In this document: positions 17,471 through 25,415 of the stretch, one piece after another | How positions within the stretch are numbered: the first letter of the stretch is position 1 | Layout of the letters: each line of letters starts with the position of its first letter | Assembly: GCA_012841145.1 (NCBI GenBank) | Contig: DUVH01000009.1 | Location: forward strand, 25,296 to 89,295 | Length of the DNA: 64,000 nucleotides | From: Clostridiaceae bacterium | GTDB lineage: Bacteria > Bacillota > Clostridia > Saccharofermentanales > DTU023 | Direction: 5' to 3' | Notes under the pieces: model-generated | Databases searched by the model: none | What the model was told of the DNA's origin: nothing | What the model saw: the letters and a program-made list of their open reading frames with translations, nothing else | Program-made: the position numbers and the translations under genes

Positions 17471-19424
17471 GGTAAAGACAATTCTCTTTACGTTCCTGTT
17501 GGCAGGCCTCAGCTTTTCCGTTCCGGTTCATGCCTACATTGACCCCGCGACTACAACGTATATCATCCAAATTGTTACGGCTCTCGTCATTACCTTGGGC
17601 GTCACGATCGGCGTGTTCTTTACACGTGTCAGACTTTCGATTGTCGGACTTTATGTCCGTATTTCGGAGTTTTTTATCAGGCTTTTCTCCAAGAAGAAAG
17701 GCAATAGTGTCACGACATCGCGTACGCACCTCAGGATGTCGCCTCCGGCAGGGGATAAACAGTCGTTCCGCAGCCGACTTTTGAGCTCGGTTTGCGTCAG
17801 CGTCGCCTTTGCTTTCACATTTATCGTGTTCGGCATATACGAACTCTATATGCTGAATGTCGACTATTTCAATTTCCCGCTCAAGTTGCTGCTTCCGCCC
17901 CTTTTGCTCTTCGGTGCGCTCGTCGCCGTTATTTTGTGCGGCTTCCTCATCTTGTTTCGAGGAGCACTATTCAGCACGCTCATCTCTTTTGTTTTCGGAA
18001 TCGTGTTGGCGGGGTACGTGCAGGGCAATTTTCTCAACAGGGATCTCGGAACATTGACTGGCGACCCGATCGACTGGAGTGCGAAAACCGGCGCCTTTTT
18101 CGTCAATACGCTCGTGTGGATCGCCTTATTGGCGATTCCATTTTTGTTGAAAGCTGCCGGAAAGAAGATCCATACCGTAACGATCAGGGCGGTATCGACA
18201 CTTTTGGTGATAGTACAGCTCGTATCGATGATTGCGCTTCAATTCTCGCCGACGTCTACACCTCAGCGATCTAACAGGTATCTGTCAACAAAGGCAATCA
18301 ACGAAGTAGCTCAAGAGGATAACATCATCGTGATCGTTCTGGATCGCCTCGACAACCGCTACATCGATCGTGTGAGAAATGACGATCCGCGATTTTTTGA
18401 TCGGCTTGACGGTTTCACGCAGTTTACGAACAATATTTCACTTTATTCACAGACATTCCCTTCTGTCGCCAATATGTTTACAGGAGAACTTCACATGTTC
18501 GAGCGTCCGATGAATGATTATCTGAAGGACGCCTGGTCGACATCGACGTTCCTTCCCGGACTTCGTAAACAACAATATGATATTTACCTCTATATGGAAC
18601 CGGGGTATACGTATAGGGACGTGGCGGACTTAGAACATGTGGCCGACAATATCATTGAGAACGAGATACGCATTCATTCCAAAGAAGCCTTAGTGCAATT
18701 CGGACGCTTATCGGCTTTCCGGTACGCTCCGCTATTAGCCAAACCTTTTTTCTGGACATCGACTGATCAGTTCAGCCGACTGATTTCGACGGATTCGACA
18801 GAAGGATATCCGCCGTATTTTGCAGACGATATTCAGTTTTACCGGCAGCTAAAAAGCGAAAAACTTCATGTGAGTGAGCATGGCAAGAGGTTGACCTATA
18901 TCCACATGCAGGGTCCGCATATGCCTTACGTGATGAATGAAAAGGCCGAACCCGCTGAACCCGGTACTTCAAGCGCGATGGTTCAGACGAAAGGGAGTTT
19001 CCATATCGTCTTCGAATACCTCGATCAGCTGAAACAATTAGGACTCTACGAGAGCAGTACAATCATCATCACGGGTGACCATGGCGCGCGAAAGAATGAC
19101 AGATTGCCTCTCGACGAACCAATCGTCACTGCTCTGTTCATCAAACCCGCAGGGAAAGGGGGTACTCCCTTAGCGTTTAATGGTGCACCTGTCTCAGCGG
19201 ATCAATTCCGACCATTTATATACAGCGAAGCCGGCATTCCGCATGAGGGACTCGGGAAGACGTATTTCGAAGTTCCTGAGGATTCAAGCGATGTTAGATA
19301 TCTTTACCATCGCCTTATAAAAACTGACGAGTCTCCAGCAAGGCTCCTTATATACAAAATCCGCGGAGATGCCAACGATTTTAAGAACTGGGTGCTTGTT
19401 GAGGATCGGGTGGACAACAACTAA
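17460..19424 (+). CDS. Polytopic membrane protein with extracellular sulfatase/alkaline-phosphatase-fold domain (LtaS / phosphoglycerol-transferase-like)
   Basis: About 6 TM segments, then IIVIVLDRLDNRY (metal/nucleophile region) and IIITGDHGAR motifs typical of the LtaS/sulfatase superfamily. 11-nt overlap with the upstream gene. Confidence 0.7.
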   Translation: MNRKVKTILFTFLLAGLSFSVPVHAYIDPATTTYIIQIVTALVITLGVTIGVFFTRVRLSIVGLYVRISEFFIRLFSKKKGNSVTTSRTHLRMSPPAGDKQSFRSRLLSSVCVSVAFAFTFIVFGIYELYMLNVDYFNFPLKLLLPPLLLFGALVAVILCGFLILFRGALFSTLISFVFGIVLAGYVQGNFLNRDLGTLTGDPIDWSAKTGAFFVNTLVWIALLAIPFLLKAAGKKIHTVTIRAVSTLLVIVQLVSMIALQFSPTSTPQRSNRYLSTKAINEVAQEDNIIVIVLDRLDNRYIDRVRNDDPRFFDRLDGFTQFTNNISLYSQTFPSVANMFTGELHMFERPMNDYLKDAWSTSTFLPGLRKQQYDIYLYMEPGYTYRDVADLEHVADNIIENEIRIHSKEALVQFGRLSAFRYAPLLAKPFFWTSTDQFSRLISTDSTEGYPPYFADDIQFYRQLKSEKLHVSEHGKRLTYIHMQGPHMPYVMNEKAEPAEPGTSSAMVQTKGSFHIVFEYLDQLKQLGLYESSTIIITGDHGARKNDRLPLDEPIVTALFIKPAGKGGTPLAFNGAPVSADQFRPFIYSEAGIPHEGLGKTYFEVPEDSSDVRYLYHRLIKTDESPARLLIYKIRGDANDFKNWVLVEDRVDNN

Positions 19425-19840
19425 CGTAACGATAATGTAACGAGTGAAAGTCTGAAAAATAATAGGTTCTCTTTGAACATATAATCATTTTCTGGTAAGA
19501 TTTAATAAATATAATTATATTTCAAGTGTCAACGATAGGTAGGAAAGTAGCGAGCCCCGTCGTCGATACTTCCGCAATTTTTGTGTGTTGACGTGAGCAG
19601 TAGTTCCGAGATTATTGGGGAGGGTGTGCATGAGGACATATCTTAAAAAAAATGCAGTGTTGTTGGTCGCATTCATCGCGTTATCGCTGACCTTCGCATC
19701 GCCAATTCTGGCAGCTGAAGGAGATGTAGAGATTAACGAGACAAATTTCCCTGATGATGCCTTCAGAGAATTTGTAACTCAGTACGATACGAGTGGAGAC
19801 GGCACTTTGCAAGTCACTGAGCTCGAAGCCGTGACGGAGA
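19413..19840 (+). repeat. Duplicated segment, copy A (217-nt leader + first ~210 nt of LRR gene 1)
   Basis: Aligns by eye with 22014..22440. The leaders have equal length (217 nt), roughly two-thirds identity, and a perfectly shared 14-mer CCGTCGTCGATACT (19557-19570 / 22159-22172). The 5' coding part is ~90% identical. Confidence 0.75.
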
Positions 19841-21816
19841 TAGATTTATATAGTTACAACATAGTCGATCTTACAGGTATTAAACACTTTACAAAAATAG
19901 CGGATCTTAAGGTTGATTGTGGAAATTTAGTTTCGCTCGATCTCTCAGGTTGTACAAGCTTGGCGGATCTTAATGTTGATTGTAAAAATTTGGTTTCGCT
20001 CGATGTCTCGGCTTGTACAAGCTTGGAGAATCTTAGTTACTTTGGTTATGTTTTGGAAACATTGGACGTGACCGGCTGTACGAACCTTAAGAAGCTTTAT
20101 TGTGAAGGTTCGGACTGCTTCATAGAGCCGCTCGATTTATCCTCCTGTACGAATCTGACTGATCTTACTATTATGATGTTTAGTAGTTTGACTTCATTGA
20201 ACGTAACAGGATGTACAAATCTCGAGACACTTTTTTGTGGATTTTCATCACTTGAATCACTTAATTTATCGGGTATGACGAAGCTTAAGAAATTAGGTAT
20301 CTCTTTTAACCATGTGGAGTCGCTCGATCTATCGGCATGCAAGGATCTTATCTATCTCAGCATCTGGCGTTGCAATCTAAGTGAATTGGATTTATCGGAA
20401 TTAGATAAGTTGCAAAAGCTCGATTGTTCAGATAATCGTCTTACCTCTTTAGATGTCTCGGGATGTACTGACCTTTGGCAGCTTACCGCGGGAGAACAAT
20501 GGATTGACGATGTATCTGCTGTTCTAAGAGGCGAGCATTACGAGGCTGATCTCGGTGCGTTATATGGTGTCGATATCGACAACATCAAGGAAGTGACACT
20601 TGATGACGGCGATCCGCTTCCCGACGGTTTTTCTTACGATCCTGTGACTGGTATCCTGAAGATGGACGCCGATCCTGGATATACGGCTTTCAAATATGTC
20701 TATGATACTAATGCGAATCTAGATAAGTTGGATGTTCCTCCTCCCGGATTCGCCGAATACGATGAGGAAGCCGAATTCGATGAGGAAGAGGAAGAGGGTT
20801 GGAGCGTTGTCGATTCGTCTCCCGACTTGGAAGTAAGGTTTACTATCAACATCGTCGAGGAGTCTCCAGAAGCGCCCGTAGTGTTAGAGACGGAAGATGA
20901 CAACGTCGAGATTGGAGAAGACGGTGTCGTTATTTTTCAGCAACGAGAGCAGTCCGAGGATGATACTGCTGAGGACGTGATAGAGGGCGGCATTTCATTA
21001 ATGATAGAGGGTAATGTAGACGATTTTCGGTATGTTACGTTAAACGGACGACAAGTGGCACGCCAACATTACGATGTAAAGGAAGGCAGCATTATTGTTA
21101 CGCTCAAAGACGCTTTTCTGAGTAGCCTGCCGCCGGGTGAGTATGTAGTAAAGCTGTTTACGAAGGCGTTTGTCAGCAGCCAAAATATATTGCTTGTCGC
21201 GCCTGAACCTGAGCCCGAACCTGAGCCGGATCCCGCACCAGAACCTGAACCTGTACCGGAGGCAGATTCTGAACCTACACCTACACCTACGACACCCGTT
21301 ACGACCGCACCTGAACCTACGACCGCGCCCACGACGACTGATCCTTCACAGCAAGTGCTGGATGTTGAGATACCGGCGTCATTGAACGAAGGAAATGATA
21401 TTGATGCGTCAGGTGACAGTGTCGTGTTCCACCAAGGTACGTCTACTGGCGCTGCTTTCAAGGTGAATGGCGCGGATGTTGCTGACTTCAAGCGCGTAGA
21501 GGTAAATGGTCAGGAAATTGGTTCTGACAATTACACCGTGGAAGCGGGCAGTATCATCGTCAAATTGAAGCAGGCTTTTTTAAATAGTCTGCCGGAAGAT
21601 GTGTATAAGGTAGCAATAGTTACCTCTAAAGGTACCGGCGTTAAGAATCTTCTAATAAAGGCTCCAATGCCTACCACTGATGCGAAAAAGCCTGTAACGC
21701 CTACGACAGGTGAGGTAAGGTTTACTCAGTTCTGGTGGTTCGCTTTACTGCTTTTTGTAGCCGGTTCGGTGTTGCTGCTGAGCTCTATCTACCGTCGGAG
21801 AAGAGAGAGCCGTTAG
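19630..21816 (+). CDS. Cell-wall-anchored surface protein with ~10 leucine-rich repeats, two ~85-aa beta-rich modules and a Pro-rich linker
   Basis: Signal peptide (LTFASPILA/AEG). 21-23-aa repeats of the form L..L.C....L.SLDvSgCt.L. C-terminal sorting signal TPTTGE + hydrophobic helix + RRRRESR. ATG 19630 preferred (GGGGAGGG upstream). Confidence 0.85.
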   Translation: MRTYLKKNAVLLVAFIALSLTFASPILAAEGDVEINETNFPDDAFREFVTQYDTSGDGTLQVTELEAVTEIDLYSYNIVDLTGIKHFTKIADLKVDCGNLVSLDLSGCTSLADLNVDCKNLVSLDVSACTSLENLSYFGYVLETLDVTGCTNLKKLYCEGSDCFIEPLDLSSCTNLTDLTIMMFSSLTSLNVTGCTNLETLFCGFSSLESLNLSGMTKLKKLGISFNHVESLDLSACKDLIYLSIWRCNLSELDLSELDKLQKLDCSDNRLTSLDVSGCTDLWQLTAGEQWIDDVSAVLRGEHYEADLGALYGVDIDNIKEVTLDDGDPLPDGFSYDPVTGILKMDADPGYTAFKYVYDTNANLDKLDVPPPGFAEYDEEAEFDEEEEEGWSVVDSSPDLEVRFTINIVEESPEAPVVLETEDDNVEIGEDGVVIFQQREQSEDDTAEDVIEGGISLMIEGNVDDFRYVTLNGRQVARQHYDVKEGSIIVTLKDAFLSSLPPGEYVVKLFTKAFVSSQNILLVAPEPEPEPEPDPAPEPEPVPEADSEPTPTPTTPVTTAPEPTTAPTTTDPSQQVLDVEIPASLNEGNDIDASGDSVVFHQGTSTGAAFKVNGADVADFKRVEVNGQEIGSDNYTVEAGSIIVKLKQAFLNSLPEDVYKVAIVTSKGTGVKNLLIKAPMPTTDAKKPVTPTTGEVRFTQFWWFALLLFVAGSVLLLSSIYRRRRESR
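19900..20025 (+). repeat. Two tandem 63-nt units encoding adjacent LRRs
   Basis: 19900-19962 and 19963-20025 differ at 7 positions by my count (ADLKVDCGNLVSLDLSGCTSL / ADLNVDCKNLVSLDVSACTSL). Confidence 0.85.
20811..21223 (+). repeat. Near-identical block shared with paralog (copy A)
   Basis: About 400 nt aligning with 23310..23716, with about 20 substitutions and one 6-nt (gaacct) indel by eye. Confidence 0.85.
21201..21343 (+). repeat. Low-complexity Pro-Glu / Pro-Thr codon repeat (linker PEPEPEPEPDPAPEPEPVPE...TPTPTTPVTTAPEPTTAPTTT)
   Basis: Reiterated cctgaa/cctgag/cctaca units. The paralog has only PEPEPAPDSE at the same place. Confidence 0.8.
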
Positions 21817-21855
21817 TAGTAATAATTCAGGGAAATAGTTTTTTGCGAAAAATGG

Positions 21856-21898
21856 GGGTGTCTCAAACACTTTATTAAGTGATTGAGACACCCTTTTT
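21856..21898 (+). terminator. Rho-independent terminator after LRR gene 1
   Basis: 11-bp perfect stem GGGTGTCTCAA / TTGAGACACCC (21856-21866 / 21883-21893) followed by TTTTT. Confidence 0.8.
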
Positions 21899-22013
21899 CA
21901 TGTTGAAAGCCATGAAAACAGCCAGCATCAAAACGTAGCGGGTTCATGTAGGCGATAGCGGCCGAACTTTTCTGCTACTTGTATTCTCTTCAAATATTTG
22001 CCATTGCAACAAT

Positions 22014-22440
22014 GACGACAACTGACGTAACAATAATGTAACGACGGAAAGCCTTAAAAACAACAAGGATTCTTTGAATAAATAATCTGTGTCTGGTACC
22101 ATGTATCAAATGTATAAAGATTTCAATCGTCAATAATAGATATGAGAATGGCGAGATACCGTCGTCGATACTGCCAGTATTAGCAAACGGTGACATGAGC
22201 ATTAGTTTCGATGTAACAAGGAGGATTTGCATGAGGACAAATCTTAGTAAGATTGTTGTGTTGGTAGTAGCCTTCGCGTTATTGCTGACCTTCGCACCGC
22301 CAATTCTGGCAACTGAAGGAGATGTGGAGATTAACGAGACAAATTTCCCTGATGATGCCTTCAGGGAATTTGTAACTCAGTACTACGATACGAACGGAGA
22401 CGGTACTTTGCAAGTCGCTGAGCTCGAAGCCGTGACGGAA
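22014..22440 (+). repeat. Duplicated segment, copy B (217-nt leader + first ~210 nt of LRR gene 2)
   Basis: See copy A (19413..19840). Confidence 0.75.
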
Positions 22441-24318
22441 ATTGTGTTAGACGATGATTATGTGACTAACATAATAGGGATCAAGTACTTTACGAATTTG
22501 GCTAGTCTCACTTGTTTTTGTCGCGAATTAGAGGATCTGGATGTGACAGGCTGTGCGAATCTTGAGTCTTTGCTGATTGCCGATGCAGATTACATAGAGT
22601 CTCTCGATGTATCAAATTGTACGAACTTGCGCAAATTGATGTGTTTCATGTGTCTTGAACTGAATTCATTGAACGTATCGGGCTGTACAAAACTCGAGTC
22701 GCTTATTTGTGCCCATACCAGCGTAGAGGAACTTGATGTATCAAGTTTGACTAACTTGAAAAAGCTCATTTGCTCCTATAGCCCTGTTCGTTCACTTGAT
22801 TTATCTGCATGTCAAAAATTAGTCACCCTCAATGTTTATCGCGCCAGTCTTGACAATCTGGACTTGTCTGAACAAAAAGAGCTACAAAAACTTGATACTA
22901 GTATGAATTGTTTGGCAGTGTTGGATGTTTCCGGACTTCCTCTTCTTTGGCAGTTTACTGCCGGAGAACAGTACGGCGAGGAAGTTATTGCTGTCAGAAG
23001 AGGTGATCAGTATGTTGCTGATCTCAGCTCTTTGGAAGGCGTCGATATTGCAAGAATTAAGGATATAGAAGTCAGTTTCTATGATGAAGGACTTCTTCCG
23101 ACCGGTTATACGTATAACAAGACCACCGGTTTGTTGACGATAGATGTTGATCCGGGTCAATCGGAATTCGTCTATGTTTACGATACTAAAGCTAATCTCA
23201 AAAACTTAGATAAACCGCCTGCCGGATACGATCCTCCCGGATACGCCGAATACGATGAGGAAGAAGAATTCGATGAGGAAAAGGAAGAGGAAGAGGATTG
23301 GCGCTATCGCGATTCGTCTCCCGACTTGGAAGTAAGGTTTACTATCAACATCGTCGAGGAGTCTCTTGAAGCGCCCGTAGTTTTAGAGACGGAAGATGAC
23401 AACGTCGAGATTGGAGAAGACGGTGTCGTTATTTTTCAGCAACGAGAGCAGTCCGAGGATGAAACTGCTGAGGACGTGACAGAGGGCGGCATTTCATTAA
23501 AGATTGAGGGCAATGTAGACGATTTTCAGTATGTTACATTGAACGGACAACGAGTGGCACGCCAACATTACGACGTAAAGGAAGGCAGCATTATTGTCAC
23601 GCTCAAAGACGCTTTTCTGAGTAGCCTGCCGCCAGGAGAGTATGTAGTAAAGCTGTTTACGAAGGCGTTTGTCAACAGCCAAAATATCTTGCTTGTCGCG
23701 CCTGAGCCCGAACCTGCGCCGGATTCTGAAGTCGACAAGCAGTTACCTGATGTTACTGAGTCTGATTCAAAGCCGCTGATCATCGATATTCCTTCGGATT
23801 TGAATGAAGGCAATGACATCGTATTGGCTAACGATGGCGTTGTGGAATATTTCATCGGCAAATCGAACGGAATTACCTTTAAAGTATCGTTTGAGGGTTC
23901 CGATGCACTAAGTAAAAATGACTTCCGTTCTTTGACGGTAGATGGTGAAGAAATAGAACAAACACCTGATAATTACACTGTAGAAGACGGCAGCATCATA
24001 GTCAAACTGACTAAGAGATTTTTGGACAACCTTCCCAAGAAGGAACATTCCATCGGCATACACACAGAACAGGGATCTGTTGTTAAAATTATTAGGAGAA
24101 TAGAGGCTGATCCTGAAACGACGACATCTGATTCGCCCGATGAGGTCATAGTGACAATGCCGGACAAGATGGATCCGGAGTCTGCAGTGACGCCACCGGC
24201 GACGGGTGAGGTTAAGTATAACCACGTCTGGTGGGCAGCGCTGTTGTTGCTGTCTGTTGGCGCTGTGCTTCTCTTTACATCATCATCGATTCGACGCGAA
24301 GGTAAGCAGAGACGCTGA
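22231..24318 (+). CDS. Cell-wall-anchored LRR surface protein, paralog 2
   Basis: Same architecture as 19630..21816. Signal peptide (LTFAPPILA/TEG), LRRs, two beta-rich modules, sorting signal PPATGE + hydrophobic helix + RREGKQRR. ATG 22231 preferred (AGGAGG upstream). Confidence 0.85.
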   Translation: MRTNLSKIVVLVVAFALLLTFAPPILATEGDVEINETNFPDDAFREFVTQYYDTNGDGTLQVAELEAVTEIVLDDDYVTNIIGIKYFTNLASLTCFCRELEDLDVTGCANLESLLIADADYIESLDVSNCTNLRKLMCFMCLELNSLNVSGCTKLESLICAHTSVEELDVSSLTNLKKLICSYSPVRSLDLSACQKLVTLNVYRASLDNLDLSEQKELQKLDTSMNCLAVLDVSGLPLLWQFTAGEQYGEEVIAVRRGDQYVADLSSLEGVDIARIKDIEVSFYDEGLLPTGYTYNKTTGLLTIDVDPGQSEFVYVYDTKANLKNLDKPPAGYDPPGYAEYDEEEEFDEEKEEEEDWRYRDSSPDLEVRFTINIVEESLEAPVVLETEDDNVEIGEDGVVIFQQREQSEDETAEDVTEGGISLKIEGNVDDFQYVTLNGQRVARQHYDVKEGSIIVTLKDAFLSSLPPGEYVVKLFTKAFVNSQNILLVAPEPEPAPDSEVDKQLPDVTESDSKPLIIDIPSDLNEGNDIVLANDGVVEYFIGKSNGITFKVSFEGSDALSKNDFRSLTVDGEEIEQTPDNYTVEDGSIIVKLTKRFLDNLPKKEHSIGIHTEQGSVVKIIRRIEADPETTTSDSPDEVIVTMPDKMDPESAVTPPATGEVKYNHVWWAALLLLSVGAVLLFTSSSIRREGKQRR
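23310..23716 (+). repeat. Near-identical block shared with paralog (copy B)
   Basis: See 20811..21223. Confidence 0.85.
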
Positions 24319-24414
24319 GTCAGTTCGTTTCGTTGATTCAAAGGTTCGCTCATAAGCGGAGCAAAAACTGAGTCCAGTTATCCAGTGTTTCTACAGCAAA
24401 AATGATTGAAATAA

Positions 24415-24444
24415 CGTGGGCGCCTCATTGTTGAGACGCCCACG
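24415..24444. terminator. Bidirectional hairpin terminator between convergent LRR gene 2 and the peroxiredoxin gene
   Basis: 8-bp GC-rich stem CGTGGGCG / CGCCCACG (24415-24422 / 24437-24444) with T-rich sequence on both sides. Confidence 0.6.
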
Positions 24445-24474
24445 CTTCTTGTTAGGTAAAGGCTGTTTTATGCT

Positions 24475-25176
24475 TTACTCATCTTTCTTGAATGTCAAGT
24501 ACCAGTCGAGCTGTGTATACTCGTCCTTACCTTTGACTTCCTCGACACGCTCTTTGATAGCTTTCGTTGTGACCGGTGGCGGCACGATGACGTCTTTGCC
24601 TGGATGCCAGTTGGCGGGGAGAGCGACACCCTCGGCATCTGACTTCTGTAAGCCGATGACGATGCGTTTGATCTCATTGAAATTCCTGCCTAGAGATGAC
24701 GGATAGTAAAGGATTGTTCTCATGACACCTTCCGGATCGACGAAGAAGACTGCGCGCACGGCAGCCGTATCGGATTCACCCTGGAGCATACCGTATTTAT
24801 TGGCCACTTCCATCTTTACGTCGTCAATGACGGGGAACTTGACATCCGGGTTCTCGATGCCGTTCCACGAATAGTTCTTAATTGCCGTTACCCAGCCCAA
24901 GTGGGCGTGGACGGAGTCGATCGAGAGTCCGACGAGTTCCGTGTTGAGCGATTTGAACTCTTCGTGCATTGACGCGAAGGTCATAAACTCGGTCGTACAA
25001 ACGGGGGTAAAGTCCGCCGGGTGGGAGAAGAGGATAACCCACTTTCCTTTGTAGTCATCCGGGAAATTTATCACGCCGTGCGTCGTATTTGCGGTGAATT
25101 TCGGAGCGGGTAGTCCGATCAGCGGAAATGAATTCTTCGGTTCAACCTGAACATTTTTATCACAATTGTTTTCCAT
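24475..25176 (-). CDS. Peroxiredoxin, Prx6-like 1-Cys type (AhpC/TSA family)
   Basis: FSHPADFTPVCTTEF peroxidatic-Cys motif with the surrounding Prx6-type pattern. Start set at the second ATG (25176) because GGAGGG lies just upstream and overlaps the tracked first ATG. Confidence 0.85.
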   Translation of the reverse strand: MENNCDKNVQVEPKNSFPLIGLPAPKFTANTTHGVINFPDDYKGKWVILFSHPADFTPVCTTEFMTFASMHEEFKSLNTELVGLSIDSVHAHLGWVTAIKNYSWNGIENPDVKFPVIDDVKMEVANKYGMLQGESDTAAVRAVFFVDPEGVMRTILYYPSSLGRNFNEIKRIVIGLQKSDAEGVALPANWHPGKDVIVPPPVTTKAIKERVEEVKGKDEYTQLDWYLTFKKDE

Positions 25177-25321
25177 AATACCCTCCATAGAATAAAAGTT
25201 TTGGATAATTGAATTTGCTAAATTAGCTTACAAAGTAATTTTAGTATAGGCATCAATTTTTTGCTGTAAGACTGGTTACATCCGTATTTTGCGATATACC
25301 GAGCATGCCGGTGCATTAACA

Positions 25322-25344
25322 TTTGTATGCTCGGAGCATACAAA
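25322..25344. promoter_or_regulatory. Perfect 11-1-11 palindrome, candidate operator
   Basis: TTTGTATGCTC-g-GAGCATACAAA lies in the divergent intergenic region between the peroxiredoxin and kinase genes. Confidence 0.4.
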
Positions 25345-25415
25345 CGGATATCGGATTGCTTTAAAATAACAGGTAAGGAAAGATAATATCGTACTTTGAA
25401 AGGCGGTGATACCGT

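Noticed and set aside
19860-20480. Regularly spaced ~63-66-nt repeats that could superficially look like a CRISPR array
   Set aside because: They are in-frame inside a long ORF and encode 21-23-aa leucine-rich repeats. There is no repeat/spacer alternation, and identity decays after the first two units.
19850-20800. Possibility that the diverged LRR region is the variable region of a diversity-generating retroelement
   Set aside because: No reverse transcriptase gene and no template-repeat copy with adenine-specific differences are visible in the window. Paralog divergence or gene conversion explains the pattern more simply.
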